64,000 nt of DNA, taken from Dehalococcoidia bacterium (GTDB lineage: Bacteria > Chloroflexota > Dehalococcoidia > UBA2979). Position numbers and translations under genes: made by a program. The stretch spans positions 131,675 to 195,674 of the forward strand of contig CAXXDN010000001.1 of NCBI GenBank assembly GCA_963667465.2, written 5' to 3'. Positions 8,090 through 16,213 of this stretch are shown here, piece by piece (position 1 is the stretch's first letter; every line of letters begins with the position of its first letter). The notes beneath the pieces were generated by a model. It did no database searches. It was not told where the DNA came from and was given only the letters and a program-made list of their open reading frames with translations.

Positions 8090-9379
8090 CTACGTGAGCG
8101 GGGTGCAGACCAGGTCGTAGGGGAGGGCGGTGTCGACGCGCACGCGCACGAACTCGCCGGCGGCGTACTCGCCCCGCACGAAGGCGAGGCCGTCGACCTC
8201 GGGGGCGTCGCGGTAGCTGCGTCCGACGACGAAGCGCGAGCCGTCCTCCTGCTCGCTCGGCTCGTCGGACTCGATCAGCACCTCCAGCTCGCTGCCCACC
8301 AGCTCGCGGTTGCGCTCCATCGAGATCTGCTGCGCGAGCTCCATGAGGCGGCCGTAGCGCTCGGAGGCAACCTCGTGCGGTACGGGCTCGCCGAGGTCCG
8401 CCGCCGGTGTGCCGGTCTGCGGCGAGTAGGTGAACGCGCCGACGTGGTCGAAGCGCTGCTCCTCGACGAAGTCGAGCAGCTCCTCGAATTCCTCGTCCGT
8501 TTCGCCGGGGAAGCCGACGATGAAGGTGGTGCGCAGCGCGGCGTCCGGCATTGCCTCGCGCAGCGTCGCCAGGCTGCGCCGCGCCACGCGCAGGCTCGGC
8601 CGCCGCATGCGCTTCAGCACGCTCGGCGAGCCGTGCTGCAGGGGCATATCGAGGTAGGGCGTGACGTTCGGCAGCCGCGCCATCGTCTCCGCGAGGCGTG
8701 GCGTGACGCGGCCGGGGTAGGCGTACATCAGTCGCAGCCAGGCCATCTCCGGGACCGCCTCTGCGAGGCGTTCCAGCAGCTCGGCCAGCCCGTCGCGCTG
8801 CGCGCGGTCCTCGCCGTAGGCCGTCGAGTCCTGTGCGACCAGCACCAGCTCGCGCACGCCCGAGGCCGCGAGCGCCCGCGCCTCGGCGATCAGCCAGTCG
8901 TCGGGCTCGGAGTGCATGCGGCCCTTGATGGTCGGGATGATGCAGAACGTGCAGGGCCGGTCGCAGCCGTCCGAGATCTTGAGGTAGGCGCTCGGCCCCG
9001 TCGCCAGCGGCGCCGGTTGCGGGATGTCGAAGTCCGGCGACGCCGGACCAAGCGAGGCGGCGACGGTGTCCCAGGCCTCGACGCCGAATGTGGCATCGAC
9101 GGCGGGCACGGCGCGCCGCACCTCCTCCTCGGCGATCTGCGTGAGGCAGCCGAGCACGTAGAGCTGCTGGTCCGGACGCCGCGCCGCGTCCAGCTCGGCG
9201 ATCACCTCGAGCGACTCGTCCTTGGCGTCGTCGATGAAGCCGCAGGTATTGACGAGCAGCAGCTCGGCCTCGCTTGCGCTGGCCGTCGCCTGGTGCCGGG
9301 CGTGGCGCAGCGAGCGCTCGAGGCGCATCGAGTCGACGGTGTTCTTGGCGCAGCCAAGCGTGACGAGATGGTAGCGCAC
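8090..9379 (-). CDS. rimO: ribosomal protein S12 methylthiotransferase RimO
   Basis: 429 aa. Contains MRYHLVTLGCAKNTVDS, the radical-SAM motif SDGCDRPCTFCIIP and a C-terminal TRAM-like domain. Confidence 0.85.
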   Translation of the reverse strand: MRYHLVTLGCAKNTVDSMRLERSLRHARHQATASASEAELLLVNTCGFIDDAKDESLEVIAELDAARRPDQQLYVLGCLTQIAEEEVRRAVPAVDATFGVEAWDTVAASLGPASPDFDIPQPAPLATGPSAYLKISDGCDRPCTFCIIPTIKGRMHSEPDDWLIAEARALAASGVRELVLVAQDSTAYGEDRAQRDGLAELLERLAEAVPEMAWLRLMYAYPGRVTPRLAETMARLPNVTPYLDMPLQHGSPSVLKRMRRPSLRVARRSLATLREAMPDAALRTTFIVGFPGETDEEFEELLDFVEEQRFDHVGAFTYSPQTGTPAADLGEPVPHEVASERYGRLMELAQQISMERNRELVGSELEVLIESDEPSEQEDGSRFVVGRSYRDAPEVDGLAFVRGEYAAGEFVRVRVDTALPYDLVCTPLT

Positions 9380-9388
9380 GCGGGCGGC

Positions 9389-10162
9389 CTACTCGCCGTC
9401 CGGGGTGGGCTCTTTGGCGACCACCAGCGTGACTCCCTGGCCGGCCTGTAGCACCTCGCCCGGCGCCGGCACCTGGGTGAAGACGTGGCCGGGCTCTGCC
9501 TCGCTGCTTGGAACCTCGATGACGACCCACTCGGCGCCGAGGTCGCGAACGCGCTGCTCCGCCGCCGCCTGTGCGAGGCCGCTCAGGTCCGGCATCTGCT
9601 CCGCGAGGGGAGGCGCCGTGCCCTCGGCGGTGGGCGACGCCGTGGCCGCAGACCCGTCAGCGCCGCCCTCGTCGTCCGGGCCGAACGGCCCGATGTCGGG
9701 GACGCCGAAGATGAAGGTTGCGGCGAGGACGATCGCCGCCAGGGCGGCGAGCAGGGCCCAGCGCCGGCCCACGGCGGGCAGGGCGCCCACCCCTTCGCGC
9801 AACCGCAGGCCAGGCAGCGGATCGAGACCCGGTGGCTCCGGCAAGTTGTCCGGCAACCGATCGACCGCATCCTCGGGATCGATGCCGAGGAACCGGGCAT
9901 AGAGGCGGACGAACCCGCGTACGTACACGGGCGCGGGCAGCACATCGAAGCGATCGGCCTCGATGGCGCCGAGGTAGCCGTAGCTGATGCGCGTCTCTTC
10001 GGCGGCCTGCTCGAGCTCGAAGCCGGCAGCGAGCCGGTGCTCGCGCAGCCAGCTGCCGAGTGTGTTCGCTGGCGCCGCACTTTCATTGCTGGGCGTGTCA
10101 TCGAGATCGCCGCTCCGCGACGGATTCGTGACAGAGCGGCGAAACCAATCGCGCAACACCAC
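9389..10162 (-). CDS. RodZ-like HTH membrane protein with C-terminal PASTA domain
   Basis: An HTH segment (LGSWLREHRLAAGFELEQAAEETRISYGYLGAIEADRFDVLPAPVYVRGFVRLYARFLG) is followed by a single TM helix (ALLAALAAIVLAATFIF). The C-terminus (PDLSGLAQAAAEQRVRDLG...GHVFTQVPAPGEVLQAGQGVTLVVAK) is PASTA-like. Confidence 0.75.
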   Translation of the reverse strand: MVLRDWFRRSVTNPSRSGDLDDTPSNESAAPANTLGSWLREHRLAAGFELEQAAEETRISYGYLGAIEADRFDVLPAPVYVRGFVRLYARFLGIDPEDAVDRLPDNLPEPPGLDPLPGLRLREGVGALPAVGRRWALLAALAAIVLAATFIFGVPDIGPFGPDDEGGADGSAATASPTAEGTAPPLAEQMPDLSGLAQAAAEQRVRDLGAEWVVIEVPSSEAEPGHVFTQVPAPGEVLQAGQGVTLVVAKEPTPDGE

Positions 10163-11208
10163 TACGCGCCATCGACGCCCGGGAACTCCACGAGTGACTT
10201 CAGCCCTTCCATCGCCAGCCTCGAGGCGTACGCCTGCGGCGCGTGCTCGATCCCGTAGCGGTTCGTCACGACCTCATCGATGTGTGCGACGTGGGGCAGC
10301 AGTTCAACCGTGCGACGGTACTGGTCGCTCGTGGCGTTCTGCGAGCCGGTCAGGATCACCTCCCCGTAGTGCACGAGGTTCGGGTCGAACGGCACGTCCT
10401 CCCCGGGCGGGAAGCCGGCGAACAGGTTGACTACTCCCTGCGGCCGCACCAGTTCCAGCGCGGGCCCGACGAGGGCGGAGACGCCCACGGAGAGCACGAC
10501 ACCGTCGGCGCCCGTGCCTCCGGTCGCATCGCGGACCGCACCGGTCACGTCCTCGGTCGCAGGGTCGAGCACGAGGTCCGCGCCCCAGCGCGCCGCGAGC
10601 GCACGCCGCTCCGCGAGCGGTTCGCTCACGATGATCGGCGCGGCTCCAGCCGCGCGGGCGAGCAGCACGTGCAGCAACCCCATCGGTCCCGCCCCGATGA
10701 TCGCGAGCGAGCTGCCGATGCCGATCGCGCACAACTCGAGCGAGGCGGTGACGCAGGCGGCCGGCTCGGTCAGTGCGGCCACGTCCAGCGGCAACTGGTC
10801 CGGCGCGCCGATCACCTGCCCGCGCCCCACGATCCCGGCGGGTACGAGCAGCGATTCGGCGAAGCCGCCGTCGATGTCATAGCCGAGCGTCTGACGGTTA
10901 CTGCAGCGGTTGCGCTTCCCGGTCTGACAGAAGCGACAGCGCCCGCAGGAGACGATCGGACAGACCACCACGCGGTCGCCCTCGGCCACATCCGCGACGC
11001 CCTCGCCGACCTGGTCGACGATGCCGGCGATTTCGTGGCCGGGGATGACGCCGGGGCGGGCGCGCTTCTCGCCCTTGTAGACGCGAACGTCCGAGGCGCA
11101 AAGGGAGGCTGCGGCGGTGCGCAGCCGGACCTCGCCGGGCCCGGCCTGGGGGGTGGGGCGATCCTGAACGGAGACCTTGCCGGGCTCTTCGAAGATCGTC
11201 GCGCGCAT
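10162..11208 (-). CDS. zinc-dependent alcohol/polyol dehydrogenase (MDR family)
   Basis: 348 aa. Contains LCASDVRVYKG, GHEIAG and CGRCRFCQTGKRNRC (structural Zn), plus the Rossmann motif IIGAGPMG. Confidence 0.9.
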   Translation of the reverse strand: MRATIFEEPGKVSVQDRPTPQAGPGEVRLRTAAASLCASDVRVYKGEKRARPGVIPGHEIAGIVDQVGEGVADVAEGDRVVVCPIVSCGRCRFCQTGKRNRCSNRQTLGYDIDGGFAESLLVPAGIVGRGQVIGAPDQLPLDVAALTEPAACVTASLELCAIGIGSSLAIIGAGPMGLLHVLLARAAGAAPIIVSEPLAERRALAARWGADLVLDPATEDVTGAVRDATGGTGADGVVLSVGVSALVGPALELVRPQGVVNLFAGFPPGEDVPFDPNLVHYGEVILTGSQNATSDQYRRTVELLPHVAHIDEVVTNRYGIEHAPQAYASRLAMEGLKSLVEFPGVDGA

Positions 11209-11295
11209 GGAGTGTCCCGGTTCGTCGCTCTCGCCGTCGCAGGGTACGGACCGCAGGCCCGTGCCTCGCAGTATCGCAGCGTGCGGCGAGGGCTG

Positions 11296-12066
11296 CTACT
11301 CGCCGCCCTCGGACGCGCGATGCACCCGCCACGAGTAGCAGGCGACGCACATGCACGTTGAGGCACTTGCGCTGATATGGGTCAGGCCGTGAATGCGGTC
11401 CCCCTCGCGGTCGAACTTGTGCGCCAGTGTATTGAAGTCTCGGGCGAGGCCCTTCTCGTAGTATCCCCACACTGCATTGACCACAAGGTCTGCTGCTTGG
11501 AGGAGTCGCGTTCGCGGTGCCCGCGTAAAGAGCGGGATATCCGCCAGGTTGTTCGTGCGGCTCCACTGCGTACCCTCGCGCAGAATCCGATCGCCCAATG
11601 TCTCGAGGCGCTCGCGATAATTCGACTCCGCCACGATCACGAGACCACGCTGCGTGTCACCTTGGTGATGACGCCGACTCAGCATGAGATCAAATCGGCT
11701 CACCACGTCCTCGAATGCGACTTCATATGGGTCTCGAGGAGCGACCCGGTTCTTCTCCACCACGGTCGCGAACAGCACGGGGTGGGTCGAACGACTGACG
11801 ACGTTGTAAGAATCTTCGAGCATCCCGTGACGCTCTGTCGCGGTCAGTTGATCGTAGGGTGGACGAGGAGTCCCACCTTGCGGGACGCGGAGCGGGGAAG
11901 CGTGGATAGCGACGGTGCTGTGTGTGCTAGGGAAGAAACGCTCTACGACAGCGTCAAGCTCGTGTTGCAACCAATACGCGCCTCGTTCAAAGACAGCTAG
12001 ACCGCCCACAACCAAGTGACGCCCATCACGATGCGTCCCGGATTCGTCAAGGTAGAGCAGGTGCAT
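11296..12066 (-). CDS. DUF3800 domain protein (solitary, in a low-GC islet)
   Basis: Starts MHLLYLDESG, the DUF3800 N-terminal signature. Contains ...DPYEVAFEDVVSRF...LLQAADLVVNAVW. GC is visibly lower than in the flanks. The ATG at 12066 was verified. Confidence 0.75.
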   Translation of the reverse strand: MHLLYLDESGTHRDGRHLVVGGLAVFERGAYWLQHELDAVVERFFPSTHSTVAIHASPLRVPQGGTPRPPYDQLTATERHGMLEDSYNVVSRSTHPVLFATVVEKNRVAPRDPYEVAFEDVVSRFDLMLSRRHHQGDTQRGLVIVAESNYRERLETLGDRILREGTQWSRTNNLADIPLFTRAPRTRLLQAADLVVNAVWGYYEKGLARDFNTLAHKFDREGDRIHGLTHISASASTCMCVACYSWRVHRASEGGE

Positions 12067-12091
12067 AGCACCATCTCCCAATAAGAAAATC

Positions 12092-12127
12092 GCGGCGGGC
12101 GGCCGATTGGCCGCCCGCAATCACTGC
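12092..12127. repeat. 36-bp GC-rich palindromic mini-element flanked by 9-bp direct repeats
   Basis: A perfect palindrome GCGGGCGGCC-GATT-GGCCGCCCGC lies at 12095-12118. It is bracketed by AAGAAAATC at 12083-12091 and at 12128-12136. Confidence 0.6.
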
Positions 12128-12231
12128 AAGAAAATCCACTAGAAGAAGCCGACTGAGCGTGAGCCCTACGGACCAAGGTACCGAAGCAGTCCTGTCAGCC
12201 ACAGCCAGTTTCATAGTCGCATTGACGCTTG

Positions 12232-13881
12232 TCAACTCGAGGGTGGCCCCGAACGCAGGCCCGCCAGCCAGCGCGTGCCGGCGCGGTACTCGCGGCTGCC
12301 GAGCGCCGCGGCGGAGCCGAGGAAGGCGAACAGCCCGGCGAGGCCGCAAGCCGCGGTCAGCACGAGCGAGCCAAGCAGTTCCTCCGGGTCGGCCCCCGCC
12401 GAGCGCAGCAGGATCAGCAGCAGGATCAGCGTCAGCACCATCACCAGCGTCGCCAGCGAGGTTCGCCAGACCGACGCCATGAGCGCCGCCGCGTCGAACC
12501 CCTCAAGGCGGCCGCGCAGCGCCTGGAGCAGCAGCAGCAGCTCCACGATCGCAGCAACCGAGGCCGCCGCCGCCAGCCCGCGAATGCCGAGCGGCCCCAC
12601 CAGGGCGGCGCAGAGCGCAACGTTGATCACCATCCCGGCCAGCGCGAACGTCACGGGCGTGCGCGTGTCGGACAGCGCGTAGAAGCCGCGGCTGACGATC
12701 TCGATCGCCGCGTGCGCCCAGACCGCGACGGCGTAGATCATCAGCGCCTCGACGACGAGGTTCGTCGAGGCCGCGTCGAAGGCGCCGCGCTGCAGCAGCA
12801 ACCGCACGCCCGGTTCGGCGAGCAGCACGAGGCCGGCCGAGGCGGGGATCGCGAGGAAGAGAATCATCCGCAGCGTCGCGTCGAGCGAGCGGCGCAGGCT
12901 CGCGATGTCCTCCTGCGCTGCCTGCTGCGAGAGCTGCGGGAAGGCCGCCGTCGAGATCGCCATCCCGATCACGCCCACGGGCAGCAACATCACAAGGAAC
13001 GCGAAGTTGATCGCGCTGATCGCCTCGTCCGAGATGAAGGAGGCGAAGAAGATCACCACCACGAGGTTGACCTGTGCCGCCGCCAGCCCGACGACGCGCG
13101 GACCCATCAGCCGCAGCACCTCGCGCACGCCCGCGGAGGCGACGTCGACTCCGGGACGCCAGCGCATCCCGATCGCTCGCAGCGCGGGCAGCTGCACCAG
13201 CAGGTGCCCGGCGGCGCCGATCAACACCCCCCACGCCAGCCCGTGCACGCCCCAGCGCTCCGCCAGCACGACCGCCCCGAAGATGATTCCGAGGTTGTAG
13301 AGCAAAGGTGCGATCGCCGGCGCGAGGAAGTGTTGCCGTGCGTTCAGGATGCCGGTCAGCATCCCGGAGATGCCGAACAGCAGCGGCGAGACCAGCATCA
13401 GCCGCGTCAGCTCCACCGCGAGCGCCTGGAGCTCAGCCTCGCGCCCGCTCGCCTCGCCCAGTCCCGGCGCGAGCAACGGCACGACGAGCGGCGCGAGCAG
13501 GAAGCCGATCGCGGCGGCGACGAAGGTGGCGAGGGCGATGAGATTGAGCACGCTGGAGGCGAGCCACCAGCCCTCGTCCTCGCTCTCGCGCAGCACGACG
13601 CGGCTGAAGGTGGGGATGAAGGCGGCGGAGAGGGTGGCCCCGGCGAGCAGCTGAAAGATCGCGTCGGGCAGCCGGAAGGCAACCCAGTAGGCGCCGAGTT
13701 CCGGCTCCGTGCCGAACGCCTCGGCGATCGCAACCGAGCGCAACAGGCCGAGCAGCCGGGAGCCGATGAAGCCCGCGGCGACGATCCCGGCCGCGCCGAC
13801 GGCGGTTCGCGGCGTCAGTCCCCGGCGCAGGATCCGGAGCAATCGGTGCACGAGTCCGGCCGCGGGCGGCGATGAGGCCAT
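12232..13881 (-). CDS. murJ: lipid II flippase MurJ (MviN)
   Basis: 549 aa and polytopic. FGTEPELGAYWVAFRLPDAIFQLLAGATLSAAFIPTF is the MurJ N-terminal signature. Confidence 0.9.
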   Translation of the reverse strand: MASSPPAAGLVHRLLRILRRGLTPRTAVGAAGIVAAGFIGSRLLGLLRSVAIAEAFGTEPELGAYWVAFRLPDAIFQLLAGATLSAAFIPTFSRVVLRESEDEGWWLASSVLNLIALATFVAAAIGFLLAPLVVPLLAPGLGEASGREAELQALAVELTRLMLVSPLLFGISGMLTGILNARQHFLAPAIAPLLYNLGIIFGAVVLAERWGVHGLAWGVLIGAAGHLLVQLPALRAIGMRWRPGVDVASAGVREVLRLMGPRVVGLAAAQVNLVVVIFFASFISDEAISAINFAFLVMLLPVGVIGMAISTAAFPQLSQQAAQEDIASLRRSLDATLRMILFLAIPASAGLVLLAEPGVRLLLQRGAFDAASTNLVVEALMIYAVAVWAHAAIEIVSRGFYALSDTRTPVTFALAGMVINVALCAALVGPLGIRGLAAAASVAAIVELLLLLQALRGRLEGFDAAALMASVWRTSLATLVMVLTLILLLILLRSAGADPEELLGSLVLTAACGLAGLFAFLGSAAALGSREYRAGTRWLAGLRSGPPSS

Positions 13882-13994
13882 CGCCAGTCATCTTCCCACG
13901 CCCGCGGCTCGGCGGGCCATCGAGCGCACGGCTGTTCCGCATTGCCGCCCACCGCGGGTGTCGTGCATCGTGGGGCGCGGGCCGGAGGTTGCAC

Positions 13995-14633
13995 ATGACG
14001 AGCGCGAAGGCCAGCACGGAGCGGATCCAGCGGGTCTACGCCTCCGGCGATCCGGCGGAGCTGGCCAGCGAGTACAACCGCTGGGCGGGGGAGTACGACA
14101 CCGACCTGAAGGCGCTCGGGTACAACGCGCCGAGGGGCGGGGCCGAGCTGCTGGCGAGCCGCGTAGCGGACAAGGGAGCGCGGGTGCTCGACGCCGGGGC
14201 CGGCACAGGGCTGGTCGGCGAGGAGTTGCACCGCGTTGGCTTCGAGCGCATCACGGCGCTGGATATGTCGCCCGGGATGCTGGCGCAGGCGGAGCGGAAG
14301 TCGGTCTACGAGGAGCTCGTGGTCGGCGAGCTGGGGAAGCCGCTGCCCTTCGAGACGGGCCAGTTCGCCGGCGTGACGTGCATCGGGGTGCTGACCTTCG
14401 GCCACGCCCCACCGGAGGCGCTGGACGAGCTGGTCCGCGTGACGGCGGCGGGCGGGCCGGTCATCTTCTCGATGCGGACGGACTACTACACCGACGGCGG
14501 CTTCGACATCCGGCAGGCCGCGCTCGAAGAGGCAGGAACGTGGCGCCTGCTCGAACGCAGCGCTCCGTTCCAGGCAATGCCGGACGGCGAGCCGGAGATC
14601 TGGCACGAGCTGTGGGCCTACGCGGTGCTGTAG
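13995..14633 (+). CDS. class I SAM-dependent methyltransferase
   Basis: Contains VLDAGAGTGLVG (motif I). The ATG at 13995 follows GGAGGT. The N-terminal part of the ORF-track entry (from 13872) overlaps the murJ start and is unlikely to be translated. Confidence 0.8.
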   Translation: MTSAKASTERIQRVYASGDPAELASEYNRWAGEYDTDLKALGYNAPRGGAELLASRVADKGARVLDAGAGTGLVGEELHRVGFERITALDMSPGMLAQAERKSVYEELVVGELGKPLPFETGQFAGVTCIGVLTFGHAPPEALDELVRVTAAGGPVIFSMRTDYYTDGGFDIRQAALEEAGTWRLLERSAPFQAMPDGEPEIWHELWAYAVL

Positions 14634-14753
14634 CGGGGCTGGTCCCACGGTCCGGCCGCCGCCGGCGGAAGCGATGGCTGGGCGGCACCCCTCGATAGAC
14701 GCTCGCGCGCATCAGCGCTAACGTTGAGCGTCGCGATTCACAGAGGAGCAACG

Positions 14754-15023
14754 GTGGCGCATTCGAACCAGGCGAAGAAGCGGATCCGGCAGAACGAGCG
14801 GCGGGCCGCTCGCAACCGGCCGTTGCGCACCAGCGCCTCGCGCCGCGTGCGCGACGCCCGCGAGGCGATCATTGACGGCGATCCCGACGCTGCGGACTAC
14901 GTGCGCAGCGCCCAGTCCGCCCTCGACCGCGCCGCGAAGCGGAACGTAATCCACCGCAACGCCGCCGCACGGCGCAAGAGCCGCCTCGCCGCGCAGCTCA
15001 AGGCCGCACAGGCCGCGGACTGA
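14754..15023 (+). CDS. rpsT: 30S ribosomal protein S20
   Basis: VAHSNQAKKRIRQNERRAARNR...NVIHRNAAARRKSRL. The GTG at 14754 follows an AGAGGAG RBS. Confidence 0.9.
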   Translation: MAHSNQAKKRIRQNERRAARNRPLRTSASRRVRDAREAIIDGDPDAADYVRSAQSALDRAAKRNVIHRNAAARRKSRLAAQLKAAQAAD

Positions 15024-15175
15024 GCCTCGAGGCGGGCGCGCCGCCCGCGATTCCGCGGCGAGCCGTATACTGAGTCCAGCCCCGATTCCGGCCCACACCC
15101 ACAAGGCCGCATCGCGAGCGCGACCGCCGCGTCGCGGGCCCGTCCCGGCATCGGGCGTGAGTAGAGGAGGAGCCA

Positions 15176-15622
15176 GTGCCAAGCGACCGTGAGTTGACCT
15201 GCCGCGACTGCGGCGCGAGCTTCGTCTTCACCGCCGGCGAGCAGGAGTTCTACGCCAGCAAGGGCCTGCAGCACGACCCCGTGCGCTGCCCCGCCTGCCG
15301 CGCCAACCGCAAGGCGATGCGCCCCGAGGACCGCGAACTCGCCCCCAGCTACGGCACCTACGTCTCCTGGGGCGGCCGTACCCCGCGCCAGCTCCACGTC
15401 GCCAACTGCGCCAAGTGCCAGCAGACGACCGAGGTGCCGTTCCTGCCTCGAGGCGACCGGCCCGTCTTCTGCTCCGGCTGCTACAACTCCGTGCGCGAGG
15501 AGCAGGAAGCGGACGAGGAAGCCGCCGCCGCGCGGCTCGCCGCCCAGATCTCCGGCAGCGGCCACCAGTCCGAACGCCCCGAGGGCGCCGGACCCACCTC
15601 GCCCGTCTCGCTGAGTTCCTAG
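15176..15622 (+). CDS. zinc-ribbon / CxxC-x17-CxxC domain protein
   Basis: LTCRDCGASFVFTAGEQEFYASKGLQHDPVRCPACR plus a second CAKC...CSGC ribbon. The GTG start follows GAGGAGGAG. Confidence 0.75.
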   Translation: MPSDRELTCRDCGASFVFTAGEQEFYASKGLQHDPVRCPACRANRKAMRPEDRELAPSYGTYVSWGGRTPRQLHVANCAKCQQTTEVPFLPRGDRPVFCSGCYNSVREEQEADEEAAAARLAAQISGSGHQSERPEGAGPTSPVSLSS

Positions 15623-15647
15623 CCCGCCCCCCCTCCACCGGGGTAGT

Positions 15648-15694
15648 CCGGCCCCCCGCTCCCCTCGCGGGAGCGGGCGGGGGTGAACCCGACC
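15648..15694. repeat. REP-like palindromic repeat, copy 4
   Basis: CCGGCCCCCCGCTCCCCTCGCGGGAGCGGGCGGGGGTGAACCCGACC. It has the same orientation and architecture as copy 3. Confidence 0.65.
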
Positions 15695-15865
15695 TTGGAG
15701 GGCGCTCCGGCTCTCTTCCCCGGCCAGCGGCCACACGGGCGTTGCGAGGGCGCGGCGACAGTTTCGGGAACCCAGCGGCCCCGCCCTCTCCCCAACACGA
15801 GCGCAACGCCGCACGCGGCGCGCCGTTGATCGCCGCGCGATCGCGGCCATAGACTCGACAGACAG

Positions 15866-16200
15866 GCTGAGACGGAGAGAGTAGGCCGCCGCAGCCGGCT
15901 GCCAAGCGAGTCCGGGACGGTGCGAGCCGGACGCAGCCGCGACGGGTGAAGATCACTCCTGAGCCGCCGACCGAACACAGCGGGCGCCTCGCAACCCTCG
16001 AGGCCCCACGTCAGTAGGCTCGGCCGGAGCGCCCACCGTTAGCAGGGGCAGCGCCCTCCGGGTTCGCCGGACGGCGCGTGAAGCGGCGTCGCCTGCCGGC
16101 AGCGGGCCGGGCGCGACGCAACGCGGGTGGTACCGCGGGCAGCCACGCCCGTCCCGCAAGGGGCGGGCGCTTTGACGTCCCCGCAGCGATCGCGGCATGC
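15866..16200 (+). promoter_or_regulatory. T-box leader (isoleucine specifier AUC) controlling ileS
   Basis: Stem I elements are GGAGAGAGUAGG (15874-15885) and a distal GGUGCGA (15919-15925). The specifier loop is GAAG-AUC-A with AUC at 15952-15954. The conserved T-box sequence GGGUGGUACCGCG lies at 16125-16137. A terminator-like hairpin CGCCCGUCCC-GCAA-GGGGCGGGCG plus CUUUG lies at 16146-16174. Confidence 0.85.
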
Positions 16201-16213
16201 GAGGAGAGCCACC

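Noticed and set aside
11245-12174. 8-bp direct repeat TACGGACC at 11245-11252 and 12167-12174, flanking the first DUF3800 islet, considered as a target-site duplication.
   Set aside because: An 8-mer match between two ~100-150-nt flanks has a substantial chance probability (roughly 0.2 by rough estimate). It is not strong enough to claim.
12047-12214. 55-codon ORF (MKLAVADRTASVPW...) upstream of and overlapping the DUF3800 start, considered as a possible antitoxin-like partner.
   Set aside because: It has no SD, and part of its frame is supplied by the inserted GC-rich palindrome. Its composition is implausible, so it is more likely a 5' leader.
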